Origin: the human T2T-CHM13v2.0 reference genome, Homo sapiens
Strand: one strand, 5' to 3'
Assembly (NCBI RefSeq): GCF_009914755.1
Contig: NC_060927.1
Length of the DNA: 64,000 bases
Shown here: positions 32,558-46,240 of the stretch, one piece after another
How the letters are laid out: every line of letters starts with the position of its first letter
Position numbering within the stretch: the stretch's first letter is position 1
Translations under genes and position numbers: made by a program
Notes under the pieces: model-generated
What the model saw: the letters and a program-made list of their open reading frames with translations, nothing else
Told to the model about the DNA's origin: nothing
Databases searched by the model: none

Positions 32558-32701
32558 TTTTTTTTTTTTTTGAGACAGGGTCTCACTCTGGGGTCCAGGC
32601 TGGAGTGCAGTGGTGTGATCATAGCTTACTGCAGCCTCCAACTCCTGGGCCCACCACAGCCTCCTCAATAGCTGGGACTACGGTGCCACCATGCCCAGGC
32701 T
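32558..32701 (-). mobile_element. Partial Alu (J-type, single arm)
   Basis: poly-T, gagacagggtctcactct...ccaccatgcccaggct. Confidence 0.85.
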
Positions 32702-33399
32702 AGATACTGCTGAAGAATCACTGGGACTTTAGGAAGTTCCGCTGATTTATGGCACAGATGGGGAAATGAAGCTCAAAGAGGGGATGGAATGTGACCAAAG
32801 CCAGGCAATAAACCAGTGGTTAAAACAAACAAACAAACAAACAAACAAGCAAACCCACTTCAAACGCAGAGCTAACCCTCGGCACAGGTGCGCTTCAGAG
32901 AAAAATGGAAAGGTTCCTTCATTGAGGGGTCTTTTACACAGCCAGAGGATGGAGGCTCACAAAGGGGCTAGCGGATAGGTAAATAGGGGCCATTTATTGA
33001 CATAGTTGCAATAAACAAATCTTACTGGGCAAGCAGGAAACTCATGGTCTCCTTTGAAAATGGAGGTGTTTCTCAAGGTGTGCCTGAGGCACTGAGCCCC
33101 TTTCTGAAATAAAGCAGAAGCAGGTGAAGCAGAACAGGACAAATGGACATTCCTTCCAGCTGCTTCAGCCCTGGCCCCCTTCCAGTCTCCCCAGAGCACT
33201 GGTGGCCAGGCTTTGCCAGTGGCCAGCGGGAGACTGACCCAGCCGCACAGAGGGCCCCAGGTGTCTCTCAGCGGTGGCCATAGGACACCTGAATGAGCCT
33301 CGAGCCAGAGAGAGTGACTTTTTGGCGGGGCTCTGCAAGTGGCTTTCTGCCCACAGCTCAGGGGTGGGAGTGAGGAGTCAGACCTCCAGATCCCTCCAC

Positions 33400-34050
33400 C
33401 ACGTTCACTCGGGACAGGTGCATGAACGGAGGCGCGATCCGCACAGGCGAGGAGACGACCGATGGGGGCGGACAGCCGGACGCACGGCTGCGTCACTCAC
33501 CCTCAGCGACCAGGGCCCCACGTCCCTAAGCGCGGAGCTGGGGGAGGGGTCGGCCAGCTGCAAGGCCGCGGGGCCGGGAAGGGCCGGGAGGAGGCGCCGG
33601 GGCGGCCGGGGCTCCCAGGGAGCGGCTGAGTGGGGGAGCCGCGCGCAGCATCTGGGCCTGGGGCGGGCGCCCGGGGAGCGCGGGGTGTCGCCAAGGGGGC
33701 CGCACGACCCGCCCGCGGTGAGCGCAAGGCCCGCGTGCCCCAGCTCTCCTCGGTGGGGATTTTCCTCACCTGGAAAACACACGGGTTATGGAGGGGGTGG
33801 TGGTTAATCGTCGCACGGGGAAACCGGCAGACAGGTTCTGATCGAGCCCTTCATCCCAGTCACAGGTGGCAGGTGCCGGGCGCCACGACCTCACTGTGCA
33901 GGGCGCACGCTCTCTCCCCGCCCTCCCACACCCCAGCGGCCCCAGGCCCTGGGGGATTCTCAGAATGTTCCACGTGGAGCAGCGCTTGGAGAGCCCCTCC
34001 CCTAAGGGCGGGTGGGGGGAGGAAGGGCGAGGGTTTAGACCCCCACCCCC
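33400..34050. promoter_or_regulatory. Orphan CpG island
   Basis: Dense CpGs and GC boxes (gggcggg). Minus-strand donor-like sites GAGG|GTGAGT (~33494-33503) and CAG|GTGAGG (~33764-33772). No coding exon recognised. Confidence 0.75.
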
Positions 34051-34343
34051 ATTCCACCCAAGCACCCCCACTTTGTCTTTACTGCATTGAGACTTTGCCT
34101 GAGAGGTCATTTAACCCAGGGCCGTGACTAAACACAGCTGCCAGGTCCTCTTTCAAGTCTCATTTTGACTTCGTGGTGCACGCATGACCTTGGGCCACTT
34201 AGAAACCTCGGTGTCTCAGGTTCCCCACCCATAATAGTAATAGTACCTCCCTCATAGGGTCCTGGGAAGGATGAGTGAATAAACGCTTGTGAAGTGTTTA
34301 GAACATAGTGAGTCTGGATGACTCAACAGATTGTTTGCTGGTG

Positions 34344-34475
34344 AGCTGGGTGTGGTGGCCTACGCCTGTAGTCCCAGCTACCTTGGGAAGCTGAGGTGGG
34401 AGGATCGCTGGAGCCCAGGCGTTCAAGGCCAGTCTAGGCAACATAGCCAGACCTTGTCTGTGAGGAAAAAAAAAA
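34344..34475 (+). mobile_element. Alu monomer (FLAM-like)
   Basis: gctgggtgtggtggcctacgcctgtagtcccagc...ggcaacatagccagacc, A-tail. Confidence 0.85.
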
Positions 34476-34928
34476 AGATGTGTTAGATGTTGCTGTTATT
34501 ATTATTACTATTGTTTTCCAATGAGGAGAGTGAGGCCCAGAAAGGATAAGGCGTTTGCTGCCTGGACGATGTGGCCAGTTGGTAGTAGAAGAGGGAATAG
34601 TAACAAGGCTTCCTGGCTGCCCAGATGGAATCCATTATTTCTTGGACATTTAGTGGTTGCTGCTTCATGGATATCTTTGAAGCTAAACAGATTAACAAAA
34701 GCCCACTTGGTGGTAGGCCATGCTGCGTAAGGAGCCTCTGGTACCACCTCCATGATCCTCAGGAACAGGAGGAGTGAGGAGAGGAGGAAGAGGGAGAGAG
34801 AAAGGAAGGTGGGGATAGAGGGAGGAGGTGGAAGAAGAGGAGTCTTGAGTCTTCTTAGCTCAGCCACTAAACGGGAGGTGGTCTCACTGGGGATGCTTCT
34901 GAGAGGACACTTTCATTAAGAAGAACTA

Positions 34929-35198
34929 AGCCAGGCATGGTGGCTCACACTTGTAATCCCAGCACTTTGGGAGGCCGAGGCAGGTGGGTCACCTGAGGTC
35001 AGGAGTTCAAGACCAGCCTGGTCAACATGGTGAAACCCCGTCTCTACTAAAAATGTAAAAATTATCCTGGTGTGGTGGCAGGCACCTGTAATTTCAGCTA
35101 CTCGGGAGGCTAAGGCAGGAGAATCTCTTGAACCGAGATCACACCACTGCACTCCAGCCTGGGTGACAGAGTGAGACTCCATCTCCAAAAAAAAAAAA
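34929..35198 (+). mobile_element. Alu with right-arm deletion, directly upstream of a second Alu
   Basis: cttgaacc|gagatc junction; TSD aagaacta. Confidence 0.92.
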
Positions 35199-35204
35199 GA
35201 ACTA

Positions 35205-35500
35205 GGCCAGGCATGGTGGCTCACACCTATAATCCCAACACTTTGGGAGGCCGAGGCAGGCAGATCACCTGAGGTCAGGAGTTCGAGACCAACCTGGCCA
35301 ACATGGTGAAACACTGTCTCTACTAAAAATACAAAAAAAAAAAAAAATAGCCAAGTGTGGTGGCACGTGCCTGTAATCCCAGCTACTCAGGAGGCTGAGG
35401 CAGGAGAATCGCATGAACCCAGGAGGCAAAGTTTAGAGTGAGCTGAGATTGGGCCACTGCACTCCACCCTGGGTGACAGAGCAAGACTCCATCTCAAAAA
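35205..35500 (+). mobile_element. Alu (S-type)
   Basis: Full dimer, head-to-tail with the previous Alu. Confidence 0.95.
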
Positions 35501-35769
35501 TAAGAAGAAGAAGGAGAAGGAGGAGAAATAGCCCTCTAAAATATTTCAAGTTTAAGAATTTTGTTCAGAGAATAAGGATGAGAGTTTGGTTGCCTATTGT
35601 CTCAGCCTGTTTTGTGTTCAATTTTGGCTCAGTCCCAACCTCATGAATCTCTCCTTTCAATCAAAGAGGAGCTGCCTCTTCATAGCCCAGGTGATGTCAG
35701 GGAGGCTGTGGCCAGCATGGCAGGAGCCCTCTTCATTGCCTGAGGAACAGTAAGTGCTTGCACCCAGCA

Positions 35770-35970
35770 GTTAGAGACAGTCTGGTTCTGAATCCTGTCA
35801 CTTTCTAACTAGGAAAGATATTTAAACCTAAGCTTCATTTTAGTTATCTATAAAATTGGGATTATAAATCTTGCCTTATAGTATCACTGGGAGAATCAAA
35901 TGGGATAATGCATATAACATGCTTAACCCAAGGCCTGGCGTGTAGGAAGCACTTAATAAATGCTTATTAC
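35770..35970 (+). mobile_element. MIR SINE
   Basis: gagaatcaaatgggataatgcatataacatgcttaacccaaggcctggcgtgtaggaagcacttaataaatg. Confidence 0.75.
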
Positions 35971-36043
35971 TTAGGATCAGATGTGGCTTCCTGCCCCCAT
36001 GTGTATGCGATGGCTTCCTCATCTCCTGTCCAACTGGACTAGG

Positions 36044-36470
36044 GGTTCAGTTAGGATTTGCTTTGCATACAAGGAAATAATTCCAAAACTGTAATAATGC
36101 AGAAAAGGTGGAAGTTTATTTCTTCTCACATAAAATCTGAATGAGGGGTCAAAGGTGGAATGTGGTTCCCCAGTGTCTGGGATCCAAACACTATCTTGTT
36201 GCAATGTCATAAATATCTTGACTTTATGGCCCAAGATGGCAGCATCCCAAGTTCCAGGCTGCAGGATGAAGTGCCGAAGGAGCCAAAGGAGATGCATATA
36301 AGCTCCCCTTAAGGAAGGTTCCTGGAAACTGTTGTACCACCATTTCTGCTTACATCCCATTGGCCAGAACATAGTCACATGACTACCCCCTAGCTGCAAG
36401 GGAATCTGGGGAAATGTAGTCTTTATTATGGCAGCCATGTGCTCAGCTGAACATTGGTGGATCTATCCCT
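36044..36470. mobile_element. Old MaLR LTR (MLT1J/K/L-like)
   Basis: catttctgcttacatcccattggccagaacatagtcacatgactacccctagctgcaagggaatctggggaaatgtagt. Confidence 0.75.
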
Positions 36471-38013
36471 ATAGAAGGGGAAAATGAATTATCAGGAACA
36501 TGCAGCAATCTCTGCCCCCAAGTCCCAGCTTGTCTAGGCTAGCTAGGCACCTGGAAGCCAAGTACCTGAGCACTAGAAAACCGGGATGGGGGCATGCTGC
36601 TTCTCCTCAGCCACCCCCAGTGGCTCAGTCTGCAACTGAGAACATGGAACTGGAACCGAAACTTAGGCCTCTTGCCATGGGTCTGAGAAAGCCCTGCCCT
36701 GTTTAATCACCTCCCTGACGCGTCCCAGCCTCAACACTAAAGGCAGGAGGGATACTAGAGAGGCAGCTGACTGCCCCCTCCTGGCCAAGGAGAGGACAGT
36801 GAGCAAAGCTGCAGCTCCGAGGGGCAGAGGGCACAGCAAGCTGGCAGGCTTGGCACAGCCTGGTGGAGTCGCCCACTGCAGGACACACAACTACAAATTG
36901 TGGGAAGGCCGGGCCACCAGCCAGTGCCACAATCCAAGTGCCTAACTGGAAGGATCTGCACTGGGGGCTCCGCCCTTCTTCATCCTGTTAATGAGAACAC
37001 TCGAGCAGGCCATCTGGCCTTTGCCAGGCTCCCAGCACACCTGTCTCCTCTCTGTCCTGATGTCTCTGAGAAGGGGAGGAAAACTTGCCTGCATCTCCCC
37101 ACACTGGCACTTCTGAAACAAGCCCTCCGGCCCTTTCTGCTCCCGGAGTTTCACTCCTAGTAGCCACCAGGGGACAGAAAAAACCACAGCCACAGGTGCT
37201 CCAGCTCTCCCTCTCCCAGGCCTAGCCCCAGGTCTGTCACTAACTCGGGATGCAGCATCCCCGTCTTCTCTGACCCCCCTTTTCCTTGCTGTGCCTTGAG
37301 TCGCTTTTTAGATATAAGTTTCCTGGGCTCCACTCAAGACTTACTGGTTCTGTTTTTGAACCAGTTTCCCAGGAGATTCATGTGCGGTGCGTTTAGGATC
37401 CAAGGGGCTGGACGGCTTTCACAGTCCAGCTTAGAGTGATCTGGTTCTGACAGGACAGAGCTGTCTGAACAATGTCCTGGGGGATGGGGCACTCCTAACA
37501 GCCCTTTCTTCCCAGGGGCTGGAGTTCTTCAAGCCTCCCCAAATTATCCACTTTCCTTTCAGAGTCCATCCCCCTGAGGTGCTAAGCCATTCTCATCCTG
37601 CTCTGCTAGCTGGGAAATGTCCCGTCAGGTGCCCCACCTCCTGTTTCTATCTGTCAAAACCCTCTTCACTTGTCAAGTCCCAGCTGAAACACAACCTCCT
37701 TTAGGGAGCATCCGTTACCTCCCCAGTGAGAATTTCCTGCTCCTTCCTGGGCTGCCATGAACTTTGCTCATACATCCACTATAGCCCAGGCTGTCCTGAG
37801 TGACAGCTCTCCAGGTTGGTGCGTCCTATCTGCTCCACCCCCTCACGCCCTCAGCCCCACAGGACTGGGAACTCCTTCAGGCTGGGAATCAAATCTTACC
37901 ATAGATATCCTGCAGCCTGATTATAGATCACTCTCAACCCTGAATGCTTAAAGAGAAAACACAGGAAGCCAGGGCCTGGGTAGGACAAACTGAGTGCTAA
38001 CAGAAAGAGTCCA

Positions 38014-38306
38014 GGCCGGGCGCGGTGGCTCACACCTGTAATCCCAGCACTTTGGGAGGCCGAGGCGGGTGGTTCACGAGGTCAGGAGTTCAAGACCAGC
38101 CTGATCAAGATGGTGAAACGTCGTCTCTACTAAAAATACAAAAAATTAGCCAGGCATGGTGGCAGGCACCTGTAATCCCAGCTACTTGGGAGGCTGAGGC
38201 AGAGAATTGCTTGAACCCAGGAGGTGGAGCTTGCAGTGAGCAGAGATCGTGCCACTGCACTCCAGCCTGGGCAACAAGAACAAGACTCCGTCTCAAAATA
38301 AATAAA
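38014..38306 (+). mobile_element. Alu
   Basis: Full dimer. Confidence 0.95.
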
Positions 38307-40920
38307 TGAAGATCCCAAACACAGATAACCAGGGCAGGAAGAACTGGTCCATTCCCCTCCCCTAAGCTGAATGAATGAATGGGCTGATCCTCCTGGATGA
38401 TTTTGAGGGTTTGTATTCCAGAAAAAAGAAAAACAAAAAACCCCTTCTTTGTCTAGGATGGACTTGTCTAGGCTTTTAGGCTTAAGGCCTTCTGGCGAAT
38501 AATTTCTTAATCCACTCAGGAAATCTTCAGGGATTTCCAGTCAGGTGGTGATGCAGGGCTGTGGAGTCTGTTCTGCACTTAGCAGTCAGGAAGGGGGCCT
38601 GCAGAAGGCAGTGGCCTCCTCTGCCCTAGGCCTCTAGGATGAGCCTGAAAGTGGGCTCTGGCTGCTGTGGTTCAACCCTGAGTGGGTCCCCATTTCTGTC
38701 TGTGCCTCTAGAACACCCTTGGGCTACAGTGTCTGCATTTCTCAGAAAGGCTGGGGTGGGGACGGGAAAGAATTTTTTAGGCGGTGACTGCAGCAGCCGG
38801 GGCACCTACTGAGTCCCCGCGTTGTGCCAGGCGCTGGGCTGGAGAGCTTACCCACTCACCTATCTACACAACAACTCTGCAAAGTACAGATGGTTATCCC
38901 CATCACAGACAAAAAGACATCGAGGTTTGCAATGCTCGCTGGCAGCAGCCCCAGTGTTAGTGTTAGTGACCCTCCCCACCCCGCCCAAAAAAAGAAACTA
39001 AGGCTCAGAGAAAGTAGATAACTTGGCAGCATTATGCAACCAGGAAGTTGCAGAGCGGGATCAAAGTTAGGTGCATCTGGCTCCAAAACTTCTGTTCTTT
39101 CTAACTGACCTCACCCAGAACACAGTTGCCAGCAAGGCCTGCGTCTGTCCCCATCCCTCCGTCTGCAGGGTCTCTGAGGTCTCTTTCACCTCTAACAGGG
39201 CATCACCTGTGGGCTCTCTTTCTCAGGGACCACCTAGGTAAATCCACACAGGCGAGGAGAGGACCAGCAGGCACTAAAGCCAGACACACAGCTCTGTCAC
39301 TAACCCTCAGTGACCAAGGCCCCACTGTCACTAAGCACATAGCAGCGGGGAGGGGTTTGCCAGCTGCACGGCCAGAGGAGGCGGGGAAGGGGAGGGAATT
39401 GGAGGGCCTCGGGGGGCGAGGGCAGGAGAAGCGCGGACCCTCCAGATGTGCTGTTTCTTTCTCTGCTGCAGTAACCCGAGAGCCTATCTATCTCTTTTTA
39501 ATGTTCTGCTGTTTTCTTTCGTCGTACACTTAACCGCACAGAAAATAAGCCCTAGGGCTGAAAACTCCAGCTTGTCGTGGTGCTGGCAGTGGTGTGCGCT
39601 CTTCCACATCTGGGTGCAGCCTAAGCCTCTTGTCCGGTTCTGCCCTCAGCCTCCACACCACGTGCCCAGTCCCACATATCCAGAGCCCCCTGCCTGGTTA
39701 TTCTCCAAGCAGTCCCAGCACCGCCTGCTTGGCAGCCTCAGGTTGTTGGCCTCTGGGTTTCCAGGGGCCCTTATATTTTATTATTCCTTTGACAAAGTCA
39801 TGGGACTCCCTAAGTAAGGAGAGACCCCTGCCCACTCACACCTCTCGCATCAGCTGTCCATGAGGGGCTCCAAGGCTGTGCGGGGAAGAAGACAGACTGT
39901 GTTAGATTGAAAATGAGTATTTTTATTTACATGTGATGGAATCGAGCCTCTCACTTCCCGGCCCAAGTCATGCCCACGGTTACCCTGTGTCACCCTGGGC
40001 TAGACAGTGAGCTCTGGGAGGGCAGTGGGCTGCCTGCTGTCGGACGACCGTGCCTAGACAGGGCACAACGAAGAGATTCAAGTAATAAAGGGGCAGAGGG
40101 AGAGGTAGCAGCTGCCGTCCGGCACAGGGCTGCCCCTCAGAATGTGACACTAATATGGCACTGGGACCATCGGCAGCTCCTCCGCCCTTCCCATCACAGC
40201 CCCGGAAGTCCCATTGTACCTCCATTGGAACGAGAGCCCATCAGTCCCGCCAGCCTGCAGGGAAGAGTCTGATGCCCCTCGTGACATCACCGAGCTCTCC
40301 CGACTCCCTAGTGGCCTGCTGCTGTTGACCCTGCTTCCTGAAGGTGCCCCGAGTCTCCATAAGGCACAGGCTTCTCTCCCCGCGCCATGCTCCCTGTTTC
40401 TTACGGCAGGTCCCACACCACTTTGTCCACCTCTGGTCGGACATTATGAGCCAAAACCTTTATCCAGAACACGATGTAGGTAGGAGAAAGAGAGGTTGCA
40501 GCAGAGTAAATGACCCAGTCACAGAACACGTGGCCAGATGGCCCCGCAGAGCACTCACCGGCTGAGAGTGGCCGGAGGGTGGTGGCCGGTACAGCAGTGT
40601 ACCCAGTGCAGTCCACCACGCCCGCACTTGTCTGGCAGCAGAGTTGAGCGGCACTTCCAGGCCCCAGGAACCACGGGCACTTCCTCCTGAAACTGGGGTG
40701 GCTACAGCTGAAGCTGAGAAGAGCAACCAGCCTGCTGCTATTTCTGAAGGAGCCCAGTGTGGTTACTCAGTGTGCTGTAATTAAACTCATCTATAATTTG
40801 ATAAGTGGGAGTAGCCTTACATTTTAGAGAGTAATTAAGTCTCACCAAAGGAGAAGCACATGGTGCTTCTGGGACCCAGCATCTCCTGAGGTTGGTCCCC
40901 ATTCACTCTCCCTGTCTCTA

Positions 40921-41708
<788 letters not shown>

Positions 41709-43701
41709 GCTCTCTCGTTTCCTGGCTCTGTGATTTTGGGCAAATGACTTCACCTCCCTGAGGCTCAGTTTCCTTATTTGTAAAATGCAGACAATGGCAC
41801 CGCCTAAGATATAATCCGTTTATGCAGATCAGATGAGAGATTTGCCACGAACTCACTTGAGTAGTTGGGAGGGGCACGTGCATGTGAGGAGTGTCAGCAT
41901 CTCACCAAAGCTAGTAAACCTGTCTCAGAGCGCTTGGCGGCTTGAGGGGAACTCTAAAGACCATTCAGCCTGGTGTGTGTCATCAAGAATGAGGGATTGG
42001 ATAACCACAGCTGAAACCTGTTCAGACAGCGAGGAGATGGAAATCTTGTCAAATGGGAGACCTGAGCTCTTAAACCTGACTTGGCCACTTCCAAATATCT
42101 GGAAGTCTATTTCAGAAGAGTTAAATTATTCTGTGCAGGTCTGGGTCATAACCAGGTGCCAAAAACATTAAGTGAGGTGGTAGATTTCGGCTCAGTCTTT
42201 GGATAAATGTTTCTGAACCAAGGAAATGGCTTCTTAGGAAGTAATGCACCCCCTGTCACTGGAGGGCTTCAAGCCCTGGCTAGCAGGCTCCTCATCCGGG
42301 AGCCTGGGAGTCAGGCATGATGATGGCTGAGTCCCCTTTCCTCCCCTGGGGTTGTGGGGGTCCTGGCAGCCTGTCCCAGCCCTGGTCCCTTGCTCAACAG
42401 CTGCCCACCCCGTGCCTCCGAATGCGCCACTCACAAGTCACCCTTCCTTAGTGCCCGCACACACCAGAGAGGCCTCATATACTGTGGGGTTGTTTCATCT
42501 CCCCCAGAGCACCAGAGCCCCTCAGCCCTCTTGCTCTGTCTCTTTGAGCAGAAATCATCACTAACTTCTCAAGCACGGCGCTCATATAACCCTCAAGCCC
42601 TTTGAGGGCAGCTCCAGAATCCAGCTCTGCCTGCTTGGTCTTTGAATTCCTAGAGCCTGCTCTCAGGAATGGCCTTGACAGAGCCGACTTCCCGCTGGAA
42701 GGATACTGGGGGCTCCTCCAGCACATTCTCTCACAGGGGGCAGCACTTAGAGCCCAAAACGGGAAGGGAAGGAGGGTCTGGCTCGAGTGGCAGGACCCCA
42801 TGGTTGCTACTGTGCGTAGGCTGAGAGTCTCCTCGCTGTTACGTAACTGAGGACTTCTTCCCTCCCTATTTTAGATCCTGCTGCCATCTGCCCTGATTTT
42901 CCGCATCACCAGCTCTGGGCTGGAGGTTAGATCTGGCTGGACACCCAGCTCTACCCCTCACTTGGTGACAGACTTGGGAAAGCCTGTTTCTGCAAAATAA
43001 GATAACCCCACCCTGCCTATCCTGCCTGGGTTGCTGTGAGAATCAGGTGAGAGGAAGCTGTGGTGGCTGGGTAGCAGGACCTGCACTTGGCCCCTGTGCC
43101 TGGTTGCTGTCTGGCCAACCCAACCTGGGGCTGCCTGAGCCAGGGGAGCCTCTGCTTGCTCATGTCGGCTCCTATATCAACACAGTTTGCACAGGTTTGC
43201 AGAGCCAGGCCCTGTTCGAAATACAGGCAGTGAACAGACCTCACAAATGGGGAGTCTTTGTCAGACCCCCTGCCATGGGTGGCAAGGGTGCAGACCTAGC
43301 AGCTTGTGACAGGCGGGGCCAGGCTGGCTGTCACCTGCTCACACAGCCTCTTGGCCCCGGGTGGAATGCTAAGCACAGCAGGTGCTCTGTAACAAGGCAC
43401 TGTCAGGCGCATCTTGCAAGAAGCCCTTGCCCAGCCTCCAACCATCAGGGGATGGGTTTGTGCTGGCTGGAGTCACCAGACCATAGGTCCGCACAGGCAA
43501 AGGCCTCCTTCCTACTTACTCTGACAAGAAGGAGCGGCTCTCTGCCAGCAGACAAGCAGTGAGGGTCTAGGTGCCTGGTGACCCCAACTGGCTTTGCTTC
43601 CAGGGCTGTTGCGAGCCACAGTGTTATGTGATAGTGAAGAGTGCCACTCAGGAGACTTTTGTTCTGGCCCTGGTCCTGCCGTGGATTTACTGTGACACTG
43701 A

Positions 43702-44093
<392 letters not shown>

Positions 44094-44427
44094 CACGCAC
44101 TCTGGTAAAGACGAAAACTACGTCCTGCGCCCCGGTAGGTTCTAAGCTGCCGGAAAGTGAATGGTGAATATGAGGTTTGAGTTAGCACTGGAGTTATTTG
44201 GAGGGATGGTAGCCTGGGCTTTTCAATCACTGGAAACGATTAAAAGCCAGAACAACCTGCACAGGCCGGCCCAGCAGTTCTAGCTTACTCAGAAGATCCC
44301 AGTAGACGCACATGCAGCTTCTCTGACGTTCGGGTCTGCTGATGGGGACCCAGAGTATGTGGCCCTCCTTCCTCTAGTTCCCAGGCAGGGACGCACACGT
44401 GCAACTCCAAGGCTCCATCTATTTTCC

Positions 44428-44433
44428 TTTAAT
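44428..44433 (-). terminator. Candidate distal polyadenylation signal ATTAAA for BDH1
   Basis: tttaat on + strand; overlaps a + strand AATAAA at 44431-44436. Confidence 0.5.
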
Positions 44434-44539
44434 AAACTTCAGCACGGACACAAATTCGCCCAACATGTAAAAGTGCAATTCCGAAAGGATCCTGCTAGAA
44501 CAAGGTCCACGGTACAAAAGCATCCTATGGTTATGTAAC

Positions 44540-45210
44540 TGCAGCGGCCACCAAGCGTCCCCCTCTGGGCTCTGGAGGGTTTCGGCCCTGCCTGCCTCCC
44601 CCCTCCTCCTGGGGCAGCTGGGACAGGGGACCCCTGTTTGAAGACAGCGGGGACAACGGCCCGGGAGGCAGCTGAATTGCCCATTGTGAGGCCCTTCTTC
44701 CTTGGCACTGCCTGAACCCCGTAGCCCACTCCGGCTGCCCGGGCTCTTCTGCCTTCTCCTGGCACCAGCCTCCGGGCCCGGGCCAGCTGCTAGGAGAGCG
44801 AGAACACTGTTTCTGAAGGGTGCTGCTTGCTTCTTTGTTCCCGGTTTCCGAAGCGCGAATCCCGAACGCCGTGAGAAACCTCAGGCTCGGGCGGCAGCGC
44901 GGGAGTCTGGGGCGCTGGAGGCCGGCGCCGGCTGCGGAGGAGGAGCGCCCTCTAGCGGCAGGTCCGCCCAGGGAGAGGCGGAAACGCGGAGTCTGATTCG
45001 AAGGCGGGCACTGGGGACCCTGCCCCGGGCCGAAAGCCCCCTGGAGGACAGTGGTGTTTGGCTTCGGTCCCAACATACAGGCCCTGGGCAGTCGCAGGGA
45101 TGGCAGCTTTCAAACTGAAACCCAAGAAGTGATCATGCAGACCCTGCCTCAAGTGGCATCACTTCTTAATTGAAAAGAGGCCGAGGCGAGGCGGGAATGA
45201 AGGCCACGCT
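44540..45210. promoter_or_regulatory. CpG island in or at the BDH1 3' UTR
   Basis: Visibly high GC with many retained CpGs (e.g. gcggcagcgcgggag, gccggcgccggctgcgg). Confidence 0.75.
44944..44961 (-). promoter_or_regulatory. CTCF-like binding motif
   Basis: Minus strand reads CTGCCGCTAGAGGGCGCT, close to the CTCF core CCRSYAGRKGGCRS. Confidence 0.65.
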
Positions 45211-45227
45211 GAAGCCCTGCAGAACAG

Positions 45228-45229
<2 letters not shown>

Positions 45230-45317
<88 letters not shown>

Positions 45318-45326
45318 ATGTGTGTA

Positions 45327-45364
<38 letters not shown>

Positions 45365-45372
45365 ATGTGTGT
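45230..45372. repeat. Long interrupted (GT)n/(CA)n microsatellite
   Basis: Over 40 uninterrupted GT units, then a second block; each block ends in GTACATGTGTGTAAG. Confidence 0.97.
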
Positions 45373-45603
45373 AAGCACCACGTGAGGCAAGCAGGGACCC
45401 CAAATCCACTGCTAGGGGAGATGCCACAGTGCCCTGCCATGGCACCACTGCTCGTGCCAAGCCTGCCCCATCGACACCGGCCCCACCCAAGGCAAAACCA
45501 AGCAGACCCAAACCAGTAACAACTTATCCCCTTAGCCAGAGAGCACCTCCACACAAGTCTATCCTGAGTCCTAAAAGAGGATGGAAAAATCTCAAGTAAA
45601 AAT

Positions 45604-45947
<344 letters not shown>

Positions 45948-46240
45948 TCACACAGCACCATGGACATGCAGAGGTACCAGTGGGCACTTGGTGTGTGCTG
46001 CCCAGATGAGGACACAGAGTTAGTCAGAAGATTCTCGGGCAAATGGATCCAAAACAGTCCTGGAATGCAAATGTGAAGTATTTCCACAGCCGTGGCAGGA
46101 ACACATAACTGGCACTATTTATAAGCGATAAAAGGGTTATTTCATGCATCCTCTTTAAGCTGCAAATGCTTCATTTACAAAAGAAAAAAACCTGTCCTTT
46201 TCATTCATGAGACTGGCTTAAGGATCAAATGAGATCTGTT

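Noticed and set aside
33274-33807. 177-aa ORF sharing SLTLSDQGPT with the ORF at 39126-39533
   Set aside because: The shared peptide reflects the DNA duplication. Single-base indels between the copies break frame correspondence, and substitutions follow CpG decay rather than codon position.
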